IMG/VR virus record: IMGVR_UViG_3300021956_000015
Span: 1-60,012 of that record
DNA: 60,012 bases
Source of the DNA: a virus
Lineage: Duplodnaviria; Caudoviricetes
Direction: 5' to 3' (one strand)
Shown here: positions 44,783-54,717 of the stretch, piece by piece
How the letters are laid out: each line of letters opens with the position of its first letter
Position numbering within the stretch: position 1 is the stretch's first letter
Notes under the pieces: generated by a model
Seen by the model: the letters and a program-made list of their open reading frames with translations, nothing else
Database searches by the model: none
Told to the model about the DNA's origin: nothing
Program-made: the position numbers and the translations under genes

Positions 44783-45574
44783 TTAGGCGACAAACACAGG
44801 CTCCTGGGCCCGCGGAACCGACCCGGCCTGCGACGGCACAACCAATGCCGGCTCAAACTCGCCAGTGGGGACGATTTCGCAATCGTCCGACAGGGTGTAC
44901 GTGGGGATAAACACCTGCGGCAGGTCCTGCGGCGCCGCCGGCTCGCGGACATGGACGACGCGGGTGATGATCTCAAACCTGTTGCGGCCGTCACGGCCTG
45001 GTCGGCCGGCGGCCCCGGGGAGCCCGTCGAATCCGTTGAATCCATTCAGGCCAGGAACGCCTGCGGCCCCCGGTGTTCCGGCAGGTCCGGCCGGGCCGTC
45101 GGCGCCTGGGTCGCCCTGAACGGGCTCTCCGTTGACGGTGGTGGTGTTGATGTTGTTGGTGGTGATGTTGTTTGTAAACGTGTTTGTAAACTGCACGCTT
45201 CCGCCGACGTTGAACGTCGGACCGCCGAAAAACTGGTTCTGCGTGAAGTCCTGCGACAGCGGGAAGAAAAAACTGTCGCCGCCGTAGTTCACCGTGTTCC
45301 AGTTGCTGGTGAACCCTGGGAGTTCGATGTACGGCCCCTCATTGACGATGTTCTGGAGGATGTTGTTGTATTCGCTTGGGTTCCACTGTCCGCCACCGTA
45401 CACGCCGTTGTTGTTGCCGTTGGCGCCTGGGGCCTGGACGTTCAGCGGTCCGCGGTGCGTGGCCGGCTGACCGCAGTTGCCGAACGCCTGCATCATCATC
45501 TGCAAGAGCTGCGGGTCCATCTGCGAGCCGACAGTAGACGACAGCAGCGGCATGCTCTGCGTGGTGAAGGCCAT
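44783..45574 (-). CDS. Collagen-repeat tail-associated protein
   Basis: Gly-X-Y run GDPGADGPAGPAGTPG...GRPGRDG. Confidence 0.75.
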   Translation of the reverse strand: MAFTTQSMPLLSSTVGSQMDPQLLQMMMQAFGNCGQPATHRGPLNVQAPGANGNNNGVYGGGQWNPSEYNNILQNIVNEGPYIELPGFTSNWNTVNYGGDSFFFPLSQDFTQNQFFGGPTFNVGGSVQFTNTFTNNITTNNINTTTVNGEPVQGDPGADGPAGPAGTPGAAGVPGLNGFNGFDGLPGAAGRPGRDGRNRFEIITRVVHVREPAAPQDLPQVFIPTYTLSDDCEIVPTGEFEPALVVPSQAGSVPRAQEPVFVA

Positions 45575-48183
45575 TAGCCGGCGCCCTCCACGGCAATGGT
45601 GTGCAACACCACCTGTTCCGTCGCGGTGCCTGCAGTGATCACGGCAACATGCCTGTCGCCGCCGGACGATACCGGCTCAATGCGTCCGGAGAAGTTGGCA
45701 CGCGCCACGCCGGTCGCGTCGCCCAACGGAGAACGCGTGGTCTTCATGTTGAGCGTGGCGTTGGTAGACCCCGTGGTGGTCACAAACCCGGTGCCGCGGT
45801 CTGAGGCGACGGCGTTCTCCCGTGGCGTGGAGGAGTTGTTGTAGGCAAGCCGCAGGTTGAGCGTGCTATCAGCCGCGGTCGGCTTGTACAGGAACGTGAT
45901 CGTTCTGCTGCCGCGTTCGTCAGACAGCGGGAGCGCCCCCGTGCGGTACTCGTAGGGAATGGCGGACCCGGAGTCCGATGTCCCGGACGTCTTCAGGAGC
46001 ACGCCCCCGGAGGTTCCGGAGATCGCTTCCTGCTTGCCAGATATCAGGACTCGGCAGGTGGCCGTGATGGCGGACGGATACGTCTCTTCCCACCAGGCCT
46101 TGGTTGCCACGCAATAGCACAGGGCCCGCGACGGATTGGTATCGCTGGACTTGCAGTAGTAGAAGCGGACCGTACGCGTCCCCATGTCAGCCCGCACGTG
46201 GAACTTCTCTGCCTTGGAGAAGTCGATGACGTTGTCTCGCCAGTAGTTGTCGATGGGCGCAGACACGGCCTCCTCGCTCTGGCCGTCATAGGCATACATG
46301 CCGTTGGAATCGACCATGAACGCCACTCCGCCAATGACGTCCCAGCACCGGCTGTTGAGCACGCCACGGTAGGCGGCCAGGACAATCGACGCATCGATCA
46401 CCGGCTGCGCCACGTAGGTCAGGCGATACAGGTGTCCCGTCTGGGCCAGGAGCAACATGCCGCCCAGCGGGATCATGGCGACGAGCCTGTCCGGCTCCGC
46501 CGTGTTCTCCTGGATGATCAGCTCGTTTTCCTCAGGCACTGACTCCGGCTCGTCTACCTCGGAGAAGAGCAGGGCATTGGGTCGCTGCCCCGTGGTGTCC
46601 ACGCCATACCAGGCCCTGTCCTGGAACATGCAGGCGACGGCGAACTCGTCCGGCGGCACCTGGAACCGCCTGGCATTGATCTGGCCGGACGGGAGCGTGA
46701 CAGGCATCAGCCCGTAGCCGTCACGTGCGGAGTTCGACAGGTCCTTGTCCGACAGCGTGTCTGAGTACGTGGAGAGGCCAGAGATGGCCAGCGTGGCGAC
46801 GCGGAACAGGATCACCGACTGGTTGGCGGTGGTCCTCCACAGCTCCACGTGTGTGGCCCTGGCGTCGGCGCCGGTCGTTGGGATCGTCCAGGTGAGCCGC
46901 GACGAGCCGCTGGTGGCATCGACCGACACAAGCTCGGAGATGGACGACGGGATTGGGCCGCCCTGCGACTCTGGCGTGTCGTCCAGGTAGCGGAAGCAGC
47001 ACTTGTACGTGCCGCGGAGAGGCGGGCTCAGCGTGGCCGTGGCCTTGGCGGATGTGTCCAGCACAACAGCCGTCGGCGGCTTGCTGTAGGTTCCCCCGGC
47101 CAGGACGGTGACGGCGCTGATCTGGCCAGTGGTGTTGACGGTGCAAGTCAACGCCGCCCCAGAGCCAGAGAGGTCCGTCTTGTCCGGCAGCACCGTAATG
47201 ACCGGAGCCGCCATGTACCCGGAGCCAGACGAAGAGGCGGTCACGGAGGACACGGCGAAGAACTGGTCCACGGCCAGCGTGGCGCCAGAACCAGGCGTGG
47301 CGATGACAGACGCCGTCACCCCGGTGGTTGTGCCACCCGTCCCAGCAGACTTCAGGACAACGTCCGTGATCTTGCCCTGCGGGCTGACCACCACCTCGGC
47401 GTGTGCGCCAGTAAGGCCGTTGGTGTTGTTGAACTGCACGTACGGTGCGACAAACGTAGACGCCGCAGATGTCACGGCGTACCCAGAGCCTCCGGCGGTC
47501 ACGCGGATTCGCTGGACTCCGCTGACAACGCCAACGCCAAATGACGCCCCTGTGCCGATGCCTCCGGAGAACGACAGGCTAGGAGCTGCCGTGTACCCGC
47601 TGCCGGGGTTCACAATCGACACGGTTGTGACGCGGCCGTTGACGATAGACGCGGATGCTGTCGCACCAGAACCACCGCCACCCGTGAACGACACTGAGGG
47701 AGCGCTGTTGTAGCCGGCACCACCGTTGACGATCTGCACGCCAACGACGGCCGACGTTGTTCCGGATGCCGCTGCAATCGATGGCCCCACGCATGGCTTG
47801 TGGATGCCGATTGGCTCCACTGACGCGTCGTCGCCGTTCCAGCGAATCCCGCGGCCCATCCCGTCAACGCCGTAGACGTCGTTGTATCGTCCCTTGAAGA
47901 ACGTCAGGTAACGCATGGCCCCGGCATAGACGGTCGCCGTCGCCGCTGCCCCGCTGCCGCTACCTCCGGAGAACGACACGCTTGGCGCCGCCGTGTATCC
48001 CGTTCCAGCCGCCGCAACGATCACAGAATCCACCATCGTCCCGGCCATCACGGCGTACGCGGTCGCCCCGGTGCCTCCGCCGCCAGAGAGGGCCACAGTC
48101 GGCGCAGACGAGTAGCCGCTGCCTCCGGTCGAAACCGAAACCTTGACGAGCCCCCCGGTGGTGCGTCCGCCAATCTGCGTCAA
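45574..48183 (-). CDS. Tail nozzle/stabilization protein (P22 gp10-like) with G-S-G-Y repeat insertion
   Basis: Beta-propeller-like C-terminal part (LFSEVDEPES, G-Y-YDG) plus 6-8 GSGY-AP-V repeats. Confidence 0.65.
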   Translation of the reverse strand: MTQIGGRTTGGLVKVSVSTGGSGYSSAPTVALSGGGGTGATAYAVMAGTMVDSVIVAAAGTGYTAAPSVSFSGGSGSGAAATATVYAGAMRYLTFFKGRYNDVYGVDGMGRGIRWNGDDASVEPIGIHKPCVGPSIAAASGTTSAVVGVQIVNGGAGYNSAPSVSFTGGGGSGATASASIVNGRVTTVSIVNPGSGYTAAPSLSFSGGIGTGASFGVGVVSGVQRIRVTAGGSGYAVTSAASTFVAPYVQFNNTNGLTGAHAEVVVSPQGKITDVVLKSAGTGGTTTGVTASVIATPGSGATLAVDQFFAVSSVTASSSGSGYMAAPVITVLPDKTDLSGSGAALTCTVNTTGQISAVTVLAGGTYSKPPTAVVLDTSAKATATLSPPLRGTYKCCFRYLDDTPESQGGPIPSSISELVSVDATSGSSRLTWTIPTTGADARATHVELWRTTANQSVILFRVATLAISGLSTYSDTLSDKDLSNSARDGYGLMPVTLPSGQINARRFQVPPDEFAVACMFQDRAWYGVDTTGQRPNALLFSEVDEPESVPEENELIIQENTAEPDRLVAMIPLGGMLLLAQTGHLYRLTYVAQPVIDASIVLAAYRGVLNSRCWDVIGGVAFMVDSNGMYAYDGQSEEAVSAPIDNYWRDNVIDFSKAEKFHVRADMGTRTVRFYYCKSSDTNPSRALCYCVATKAWWEETYPSAITATCRVLISGKQEAISGTSGGVLLKTSGTSDSGSAIPYEYRTGALPLSDERGSRTITFLYKPTAADSTLNLRLAYNNSSTPRENAVASDRGTGFVTTTGSTNATLNMKTTRSPLGDATGVARANFSGRIEPVSSGGDRHVAVITAGTATEQVVLHTIAVEGAG

Positions 48184-48446
48184 CTTGGCGTCCTCCCAAT
48201 CCTGATCTGCCCAGCCGCGTTCTGGTACAGCACGTTTTCGGCGTCACGTGGGTAACGAAACATCAGCACCACCGCCGACGTTGTCCCGGAGTGCGTGGCA
48301 AACGTGAGCGTGGTGCTGCCAGGCCGGACGGACACCTGCCCCGGGACGATGGCCTGCAAGTTCACTTGCGTGACGGCGGCCCCAGGGGGAATGGCGTACG
48401 GGCTGGCGTTGGTTACCAAGCCGGCCCACTTTTCGATGACGATCAT
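48180..48446 (-). CDS. Small protein resembling a nozzle N-terminus
   Basis: W-GLVT-ASP--IPPGAA----N------G-V-VRPG. Confidence 0.55.
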   Translation of the reverse strand: MIVIEKWAGLVTNASPYAIPPGAAVTQVNLQAIVPGQVSVRPGSTTLTFATHSGTTSAVVLMFRYPRDAENVLYQNAAGQIRIGRTPS

Positions 48447-49567
48447 CCGACGTCCGCCCGGATCGGCGACCTCCAGCCACCGTTGTGCCAGACCCTCCGG
48501 GACCGGCCGGAGATCGGAGCGAGCTGGTCCTTCTCCATCGCCAACCGCAAGTCGCGCTGATACAGCTGTGCCGCCTTGTCAACGTCCTTGCCGCGGATGC
48601 GAGCCAGGTAGTACTCGCAGGCGCTGTTCATCACGCCCCACATATGAGCCGGCAGGTCGATGGGGTCTGTGATGATGGCCTTGGTGCCGTACGCGTACGT
48701 CCCGCTTTGGTCAACAACGGCAAGGCTATCGGTGGAGCGGGTGACGATCCGGTGCTCGCTGGAGTACGGGTTGAGCGACTCCGTCTGGCCTGGGTAGTCG
48801 GATGCAGTCCCAAAGCGAACGATGGCACCCTCGCATGACGCCGGAAGCGACAGCGGGCTAACGTCGAACGTGGTGCCGCTCAGCTGCGACTCGGCGAACC
48901 TGGCCGCCGGCTCATGGCCGGAGTACTTAATCGGCCGCGCAGTTCTCCGGTACGTGAAGTCAATCGTCTCGGATTTGTTGGGGTAGCCGATGAGCTTGAG
49001 CGCCCACCCGTTGGAGTCCGGGTCCTTGAGCACCGTCCAGTGGTACGGCTTTCCGGATGTCTTGTTGACACGCTCAACCTTCATCGCCTCGTCCGGCGAC
49101 AAGTACATGCCGGACCACCAGTTGAACTCGTCGGACGGCTCGTCCAGGTTGCGGAAGTCGTCCGGGAGCGCGTAGACAGTCCGGTAGAGCGTGTAGGGCT
49201 CGTTCGCCACGTTCTCCTTCAGGCTTAACGTGGGGTCCAGCACAACGACGGTCCCGCTGGTGCGGCTGGCGACCCTGGCAATCTCGTTGCCGATGCGGAG
49301 GTACGCCCCGGTAGCAGCCCAAGACGGCCACGTGCCGCCCGTAAGCGTCACGGCCGTTCCGCTGGAGGTGATGGTGCCGGTGCCATACGGCGCCTCCGTG
49401 ATGACTCGTCCGTGAACGGAGTAGTACGCCCAGTCGTTAATCGTCGTCAGCTCAGCGTACGCACGGTGCACGGCCGTGCGAATGTCACGCTGCTCGGCGT
49501 CCTGGGGACCACCGTAGGACGCGGTGATCAGCGACTCAACGAGGTCGAAGTATGTGAGGTATGCCAT
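48443..49567 (-). CDS. Head-tail adaptor (tail tubular protein A-like)
   Basis: TYFDL..AY-EL..W..YALPDDFR..YP..YRR..DLP; position before nozzle gene. Confidence 0.7.
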   Translation of the reverse strand: MAYLTYFDLVESLITASYGGPQDAEQRDIRTAVHRAYAELTTINDWAYYSVHGRVITEAPYGTGTITSSGTAVTLTGGTWPSWAATGAYLRIGNEIARVASRTSGTVVVLDPTLSLKENVANEPYTLYRTVYALPDDFRNLDEPSDEFNWWSGMYLSPDEAMKVERVNKTSGKPYHWTVLKDPDSNGWALKLIGYPNKSETIDFTYRRTARPIKYSGHEPAARFAESQLSGTTFDVSPLSLPASCEGAIVRFGTASDYPGQTESLNPYSSEHRIVTRSTDSLAVVDQSGTYAYGTKAIITDPIDLPAHMWGVMNSACEYYLARIRGKDVDKAAQLYQRDLRLAMEKDQLAPISGRSRRVWHNGGWRSPIRADVG

Positions 49568-49878
49568 CAGCCACCACCCTCCTGCGGCAGCAATGCCAAC
49601 GCGTCCGCGAGCGGCACCACCTCCACGGCCTGCATCATCTCCGGCGTGATGTAGCCGAACGCCTGCGACAGAATCCCCCCCTCGCCGACCTCGCTGAGAA
49701 CGTCGCCGCAGAGCATCCAGCGACCGTCGGTGAGTTGCCGCCCAGCCGGAACGTGGCGGTGGTCGCCGTGTTCCTCCTGCACGCCGTACAGCGCGACGGC
49801 GACCTCATAGGGATAGACCAGTGCGAGGTCGCGGCAGTCAGCGTAGGGCAGCGGCAGCGTCAGGTCAGAGAGCCACAT
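49567..49878 (-). CDS. Putative tail-fibre-associated small protein
   Basis: Follows the lectin-like gene; LTDGRWMLC-D-LSEV. Confidence 0.55.
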   Translation of the reverse strand: MWLSDLTLPLPYADCRDLALVYPYEVAVALYGVQEEHGDHRHVPAGRQLTDGRWMLCGDVLSEVGEGGILSQAFGYITPEMMQAVEVVPLADALALLPQEGGG

Positions 49879-50720
49879 CAGACGTTCCTCGCGAGTGCCG
49901 TCTGAAGCGCCTGCATGGCGGTGTAGTACGCGGCTGCCTGCGACGCCGACATTCCAAGGCCGATTGAATACCCGCCCATACGCGCCGCTGTATAGTTGCC
50001 AGGCGCCACTGAGTTTGGGTTGGTATTGGATGCAAAAACCAACACAGTTCTGGCGTTTGCCGTTGCCTTGGTGGTGTTGGCAGACGACGCAGAGATCACG
50101 CCGTTCTTGTATAGGCCAAAGTAGTTGCTGGCGGCATCACTCGCCACCCAATGCCCACCCACGGTGTTGTTGGTCGAACTTACGGAGAAATAGAACGACG
50201 CAGAAGTAGTGGTCGCAGCTGCCCCATTTCCAAGAGTCCAGTAATACGTGCCCCCAGCATCATCCTGAACACCCATGAGCAGTCGATAGGCATTCGGATC
50301 GCGCGCAATCTCGTATGCAGACTGATGGCGATTGCCGGCCAGCACAGTGTTTCCCGGAAATCCTGTTTGCAGGTACTTGCTGGTGCCGTTTCCTTGAAGG
50401 CCGGACGACTCGCTGTAGTCGCCGCTGACGAACGGGCCGACGTTGGTATCGACCGTGTTTCCGTACTGCGTACCGGAAGACGACGGACCGCGATACAGCG
50501 GGACCAGCGCTGCGTTAAGTCCCGTTCCGGCGAACAGGTTAAGCCTGTAGAATATCCCGCGTAGCCCAGCAGCATCGATGTCTCGGCAGAACTTCGACAC
50601 TGCCTTGAGCGTCGATCCGCTCACGCTCCCGCCATTCGATACGACGGCTGTCTTCCACGCTGCGGCTTCCTTGTGGATCGCAGAAGACGACGGGCGCAGC
50701 GTGCGTGGCGAGAGCGGCAT
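49878..50720 (-). CDS. Tail fibre/receptor-binding protein, lectin-like beta-sandwich
   Basis: MPLSPRTLRP start; GLQGNGTSKYL-TG; YSIG-G-S..A..YYT..QTALAR. Confidence 0.65.
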   Translation of the reverse strand: MPLSPRTLRPSSSAIHKEAAAWKTAVVSNGGSVSGSTLKAVSKFCRDIDAAGLRGIFYRLNLFAGTGLNAALVPLYRGPSSSGTQYGNTVDTNVGPFVSGDYSESSGLQGNGTSKYLQTGFPGNTVLAGNRHQSAYEIARDPNAYRLLMGVQDDAGGTYYWTLGNGAAATTTSASFYFSVSSTNNTVGGHWVASDAASNYFGLYKNGVISASSANTTKATANARTVLVFASNTNPNSVAPGNYTAARMGGYSIGLGMSASQAAAYYTAMQALQTALARNV

Positions 50721-51169
50721 CAGACCTGCCCCCCGGAAACCTTCAGCGTCCCGGCATCATTCCATAGTTGGCCAGCGCTCCCCGGATCGGACGTCGGCAG
50801 GTTCTGCAGAATGACCGTGCCAACGCCGAAGAAGCTGATGCCGTCGTTTGGGGTGTCGTAAAGCAGCAGCCCGTAGCCGGGCGATCCGTCGTTGATGGCG
50901 ACCGTAACGCCGCTGGTTCCGATGGCACCGGACGGAAGGTAGTCCAGCGTCACAACGCCGGTAGCTCCGTTGACGCTCTGGACCGGACCCTCGGACGGGA
51001 CATACGGAGTCGCCAGCCAGCGACTCCCAATGCCGTACTTCATCCTGCCGGTGTCGGACTCCAGGCCCAGCTCTCCGTCAAGAAGCTCCCAGTTGGCAGA
51101 CGCCCACTTAGCAGCCGGGTAGCTGCGGATCAGTGGGTCGATCCCGCGGTTGGGGTCAAGGACACCCAT
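50720..51169 (-). CDS. Tail fibre adaptor with Mtd-N/hyaluronidase-N-like domain
   Basis: W---N--LLDGELGLESDTGRMKYG-G--W---PY; LPTSDP--AGQLWND-GTLKVS. Confidence 0.7.
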   Translation of the reverse strand: MGVLDPNRGIDPLIRSYPAAKWASANWELLDGELGLESDTGRMKYGIGSRWLATPYVPSEGPVQSVNGATGVVTLDYLPSGAIGTSGVTVAINDGSPGYGLLLYDTPNDGISFFGVGTVILQNLPTSDPGSAGQLWNDAGTLKVSGGQV

Positions 51170-51171
51170 GG

Positions 51172-51498
51172 CTATCCCTTCAGGGAGATGGTCAGTCCGC
51201 AGCTGGTAGCACCGGAGATAACCGGCGCGATGAACGGAAGGGCGAAGCAGGCGTCCGGGATGGGGTGGACGCCCACGGTGAGCGACGTCGTTACGGCCGC
51301 ACCGTCGGCGTAAATCTGGACAGGCGTGTCGCTGGCTCCGGCAGAGCCGTACCAGTTGATCTGCGTGCCGCCGCCGGTCGCGGCGATGATCACACAGCCT
51401 CCGGCAAACGGGCTGAATCCGATCCGTGGCGTTGTGGTCGCCGCAGAGCTGGACGCCGTGATCGCAACCGTGTCGCGGAACCTGGTGATGTCGTTCAT
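51172..51498 (-). CDS. Hypothetical structural protein
   Basis: 108 aa, beta-rich, in head-tail region. Confidence 0.65.
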   Translation of the reverse strand: MNDITRFRDTVAITASSSAATTTPRIGFSPFAGGCVIIAATGGGTQINWYGSAGASDTPVQIYADGAAVTTSLTVGVHPIPDACFALPFIAPVISGATSCGLTISLKG

Positions 51499-52019
51499 CG
51501 CTTCCTCTTCAGTGCATGCTTGGAAATGACGATCTCTCGCAACTCGGCCGTGCTCTTGCCGGGGTGCAGTTTGCGGTAGTGCTTGATGTCCTCTTTGATG
51601 ATCCGCTCGTTGAGGGCAGGAGCCTTCTGCGGGATGTACGTTCCCTTGTGGCTGACGATCCCCTCAACCGTCAGGTTCCGCTTCTTGGCGACTCGGAGGA
51701 CGTCTGCAGTCGAATCGACCCAGGCCTCCGGGTCCTTGTGGGCCCGGTGGTCCGCGAGCCCACCGACGTACGTCTTCCCATTAGGGTTAATGCCCGCCTT
51801 ACGGGCATCGCTGAGAATCCGCTGGGCCTGGCGCTTTGGCATGTCGTCCAGCCACTGATCGTTCAGGCGGCCCTCCATGAAGGCGCGGTCCGTTCCGCGA
51901 GTGCCCGGGGGCGTCTGTGTAGCGCACATGATCGCCCACCGCTCGCCGTAGGGCAGGGCACGGGTGTAGGTGGCCACGGCGTCAGGGCCGAGATCACTGA
52001 CTTCCTGCGGGATTTCCAT
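51495..52019 (-). CDS. Hypothetical protein downstream of portal
   Basis: 174 aa, coupled on both sides. Confidence 0.7.
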   Translation of the reverse strand: MEIPQEVSDLGPDAVATYTRALPYGERWAIMCATQTPPGTRGTDRAFMEGRLNDQWLDDMPKRQAQRILSDARKAGINPNGKTYVGGLADHRAHKDPEAWVDSTADVLRVAKKRNLTVEGIVSHKGTYIPQKAPALNERIIKEDIKHYRKLHPGKSTAELREIVISKHALKRKR

Positions 52020-53985
52020 TGGGCGGAGGTCCTTGAGGTTGCGGCGGCGGTGGAGGTGGTGGCGGGATCATGTACTTGGAGACGTCGATGTCCATCGCCC
52101 GTCCCCAGTCTTCCAGGAGGGCGTTCATCAGGCCCGGCTGACCCGCCTGGAGCATGCCCTGGGCAATCGGCGCCAGAATCTGGAGCGCCTGGTTGATCTG
52201 CTCCACCTTGGTGCCCTTGTTGGGCTTGCGGGCGCTGCCGGCCTCAACGCGGAAGTCGAACTCGCGGAGCACCTCGTCCGGGTTCATCGCCTGCACGTGG
52301 AGTTGCCAGGCCTGGGCGGCCATCGGCCCCAGGAGCGGCGCGACGTCCTCAGGGTTGACGAGCCAGCGGGCCATCAGGGCTTCCTTCCTGGCCAACGCCG
52401 ACAGGGCGTCCTCCAGCGTGTTGGCCATGTCATCCGGCCTCACGCTGATCTGCTCGGCCTTCACGGAGGCCTCTGCGGCACTTCGGAACTGGTTCCGCGA
52501 CATGCCGTACACCAGCTCCGTCAGGCCGACGCGGCGGTCAAACAGCTCGGTGACGGAGGCGATAATGTTCCACATGTCGGACGAGACGCCCGGCAGGTTG
52601 AACACGGACATGACGTCGTTGACCGACCGTCCAATAGCCTCAGAGATTTCAACGATCTTGAACCCGGACTCGTCTGTGTCCAGGATTTTTGCCTTGAGGT
52701 CGTTGTCGGCAGCCTTCGCCACGCCGATCATGGTGCTGGCGGATGTGGCGATCTTGGTCGCCATGAAGCTCATCGCGTAGTTGATGAACCGAAGCTCGCC
52801 GATGCCGGGCTTGATCAGCGAGATGGGGTACGAATACCCCGGCTTGCCGTGCCACTGCAGAATGGTGCACGGCCACCCCTCCGGCTCGGCCCAGAATGGC
52901 ACCGGCCACTGGGCTGCCTGGAAGAGGGACGGCGGAATGCCAGACTCGTCCACTTCCTCCTGCATGACTTCCGGAGGAATGTTGAGCGGGCGGTTCACTC
53001 CCTCGCAGACGACGATGTAGCAGTAGGGGCCCAGGGCGTCGAACTTGCCCCGCAACTCCTTGTCTGCGTCCTTCAGGCGGTCACCAAACCCAACCTTGCT
53101 GTAGACCTCCCAGTAGGTGACGAGGTCCATGGACTTGCCGTTGCGTTGACGGGTCTTGTAGCCACGCTCGTCAATCTTGCTGCGGGAATCGTAGCTCTCG
53201 GACGATCCCTTGAGTTCTTCGACCGGAATGCCGAACCGGCCAGACACAAACTCCTTGGAGTGCGTCCGGCGGCGAGCGATCCACTGAATGTCCGACTGGT
53301 CGTCGGCGTCCGGGTCCCACACTACGTTGTCAAACGTCTCAAAGAACGATCCGGCGATGCGGATGTTCGACCCAGGCGGCTGGTAAAGTTCAGTGAACCA
53401 GCAGCCGGCGCCCTTGATCAGGGCCTCGTCCACCACCTTCCGTGAGTGGGTTTTCAGGTCCAGCTCGTTGGGGGTGTAGTTCAGGTAGTCCTCAAGCAGC
53501 TTGGAGATGACCGCACGCTTCTCCGACAGGAACTGCGTCTGCTGCGTCATCTGCTGGTAGAACATCGCCCCCGGGTCTGGGGCCATCACAGGCTGCCCGT
53601 CTGGACCGATGACCGGCTGGCCATCAGGGCCCATCTGCGGAGTCGGAGGCTGCGGGTAGATGCCCAGCATCTCCGGCTTGATCAGCGGGTACTGACGCGG
53701 CGTGACGTTCCGCACCGGGTTGCGGTGGTGGATGACCGATCCGAAGAGGCGAACAGCCTCCCAGACGCGGTTGATGGTCATCCTGAAGGCAGGCGGCGCA
53801 ATGCCCTTGATAAACCCCTTCTCGCCGCGGGTGTACTCGTTGCGGAACATCCAGGCGTTGTCGCCGTCATAGAACGACATCGCCTCGTCGGCGTCATCCT
53901 GGAAGGGCTTCTTGTGTTTGAGGGCTAGATCGATCTTGTCTAGCCAGCCCTTCACAATGGGCCGAAGCGGGTTAGTGTCCGACAC
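51994..53985 (-). CDS. Portal protein
   Basis: 663 aa after terminase; FYDGD, IN, WDPDA, SAAEA motifs and P/Q-rich tail typical of P22-like portals. Confidence 0.85.
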   Translation of the reverse strand: MSDTNPLRPIVKGWLDKIDLALKHKKPFQDDADEAMSFYDGDNAWMFRNEYTRGEKGFIKGIAPPAFRMTINRVWEAVRLFGSVIHHRNPVRNVTPRQYPLIKPEMLGIYPQPPTPQMGPDGQPVIGPDGQPVMAPDPGAMFYQQMTQQTQFLSEKRAVISKLLEDYLNYTPNELDLKTHSRKVVDEALIKGAGCWFTELYQPPGSNIRIAGSFFETFDNVVWDPDADDQSDIQWIARRRTHSKEFVSGRFGIPVEELKGSSESYDSRSKIDERGYKTRQRNGKSMDLVTYWEVYSKVGFGDRLKDADKELRGKFDALGPYCYIVVCEGVNRPLNIPPEVMQEEVDESGIPPSLFQAAQWPVPFWAEPEGWPCTILQWHGKPGYSYPISLIKPGIGELRFINYAMSFMATKIATSASTMIGVAKAADNDLKAKILDTDESGFKIVEISEAIGRSVNDVMSVFNLPGVSSDMWNIIASVTELFDRRVGLTELVYGMSRNQFRSAAEASVKAEQISVRPDDMANTLEDALSALARKEALMARWLVNPEDVAPLLGPMAAQAWQLHVQAMNPDEVLREFDFRVEAGSARKPNKGTKVEQINQALQILAPIAQGMLQAGQPGLMNALLEDWGRAMDIDVSKYMIPPPPPPPPQPQGPPPNGNPAGSQ

Positions 53986-54397
53986 GCTGTCTCTCCAGCC
54001 TCTTCAGCACGTGGTCCAGGTGAATCGCAGTGCCCATGGCCGCCATTCGCTGGTCGAACGTCGGTTTACCGGCGCTTGGGTCGCCGGACATGATCCTGGC
54101 GACAACCGTTTGGCGTGCAGCCGCAGGATCGTTCTCGTACGCGGAGCCCATGAGCGACTGTGCTTGTGAGTCGGTCAAGGGAAACGAATAGTCCAGGCCG
54201 TGCTCCCGCTGATGCAGACGGATAGCCTCGTTCCTGGCAACGCCCATCTTTTCGGCGTCCGACAGGCTGCTGTGAGGATTCAGCGTGACCTGGCCGTCCT
54301 CGCCGGCCATGCCTGCAACCGTTGGGTGAAGCCAGAAAAACTCGTCCTCTCCCGGGTAGGGAGGCCGAATGGTTCTGCCGAGGACTGTGTCTGCCAT
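53972..54397 (-). CDS. Conserved hypothetical protein
   Basis: R-PYPGEDEFF--HP-VAGMA-ED--V-LNP-S..NEA-RL. Confidence 0.7.
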   Translation of the reverse strand: MADTVLGRTIRPPYPGEDEFFWLHPTVAGMAGEDGQVTLNPHSSLSDAEKMGVARNEAIRLHQREHGLDYSFPLTDSQAQSLMGSAYENDPAAARQTVVARIMSGDPSAGKPTFDQRMAAMGTAIHLDHVLKRLERQRVGH

Positions 54398-54408
54398 GCG
54401 GGTTCCTG

Positions 54409-54714
54409 CTACTTCTTATTGCCCCCGTGCGACTTCTCCAGGGCCGAAACCCTCTCCGAGAGCTGGGCGATGCGGGGATCGCGGGGGCGGTGCTCCCACG
54501 TTCCGAACGCCTTCAGGTTGGGGTTTTCCAGGGCCGGATCGTCCTTGTGGTGCACGCTGGTGCGGTCCACGCCGCCGTAGCCAGGCGACAGCGACCAGCA
54601 TTCGATGGTTTCCCGGCCCACCTTGGTTACGAACGCCATGATCGGCTCGGCGCCCTCATGGACCCGGTACAGCACCGTCTCGCCCAGGCTCACCGCAGGC
54701 ATCTCATAGGACAT
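54409..54714 (-). CDS. Hypothetical protein
   Basis: 101 aa between terminase and portal. Confidence 0.7.
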   Translation of the reverse strand: MSYEMPAVSLGETVLYRVHEGAEPIMAFVTKVGRETIECWSLSPGYGGVDRTSVHHKDDPALENPNLKAFGTWEHRPRDPRIAQLSERVSALEKSHGGNKK

Positions 54715-54717
54715 AAA

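Noticed and set aside
49878-51169. Diversity-generating retroelement suggested by the Mtd-N-like domain
   Set aside because: No reverse transcriptase and no template/variable repeat pair seen
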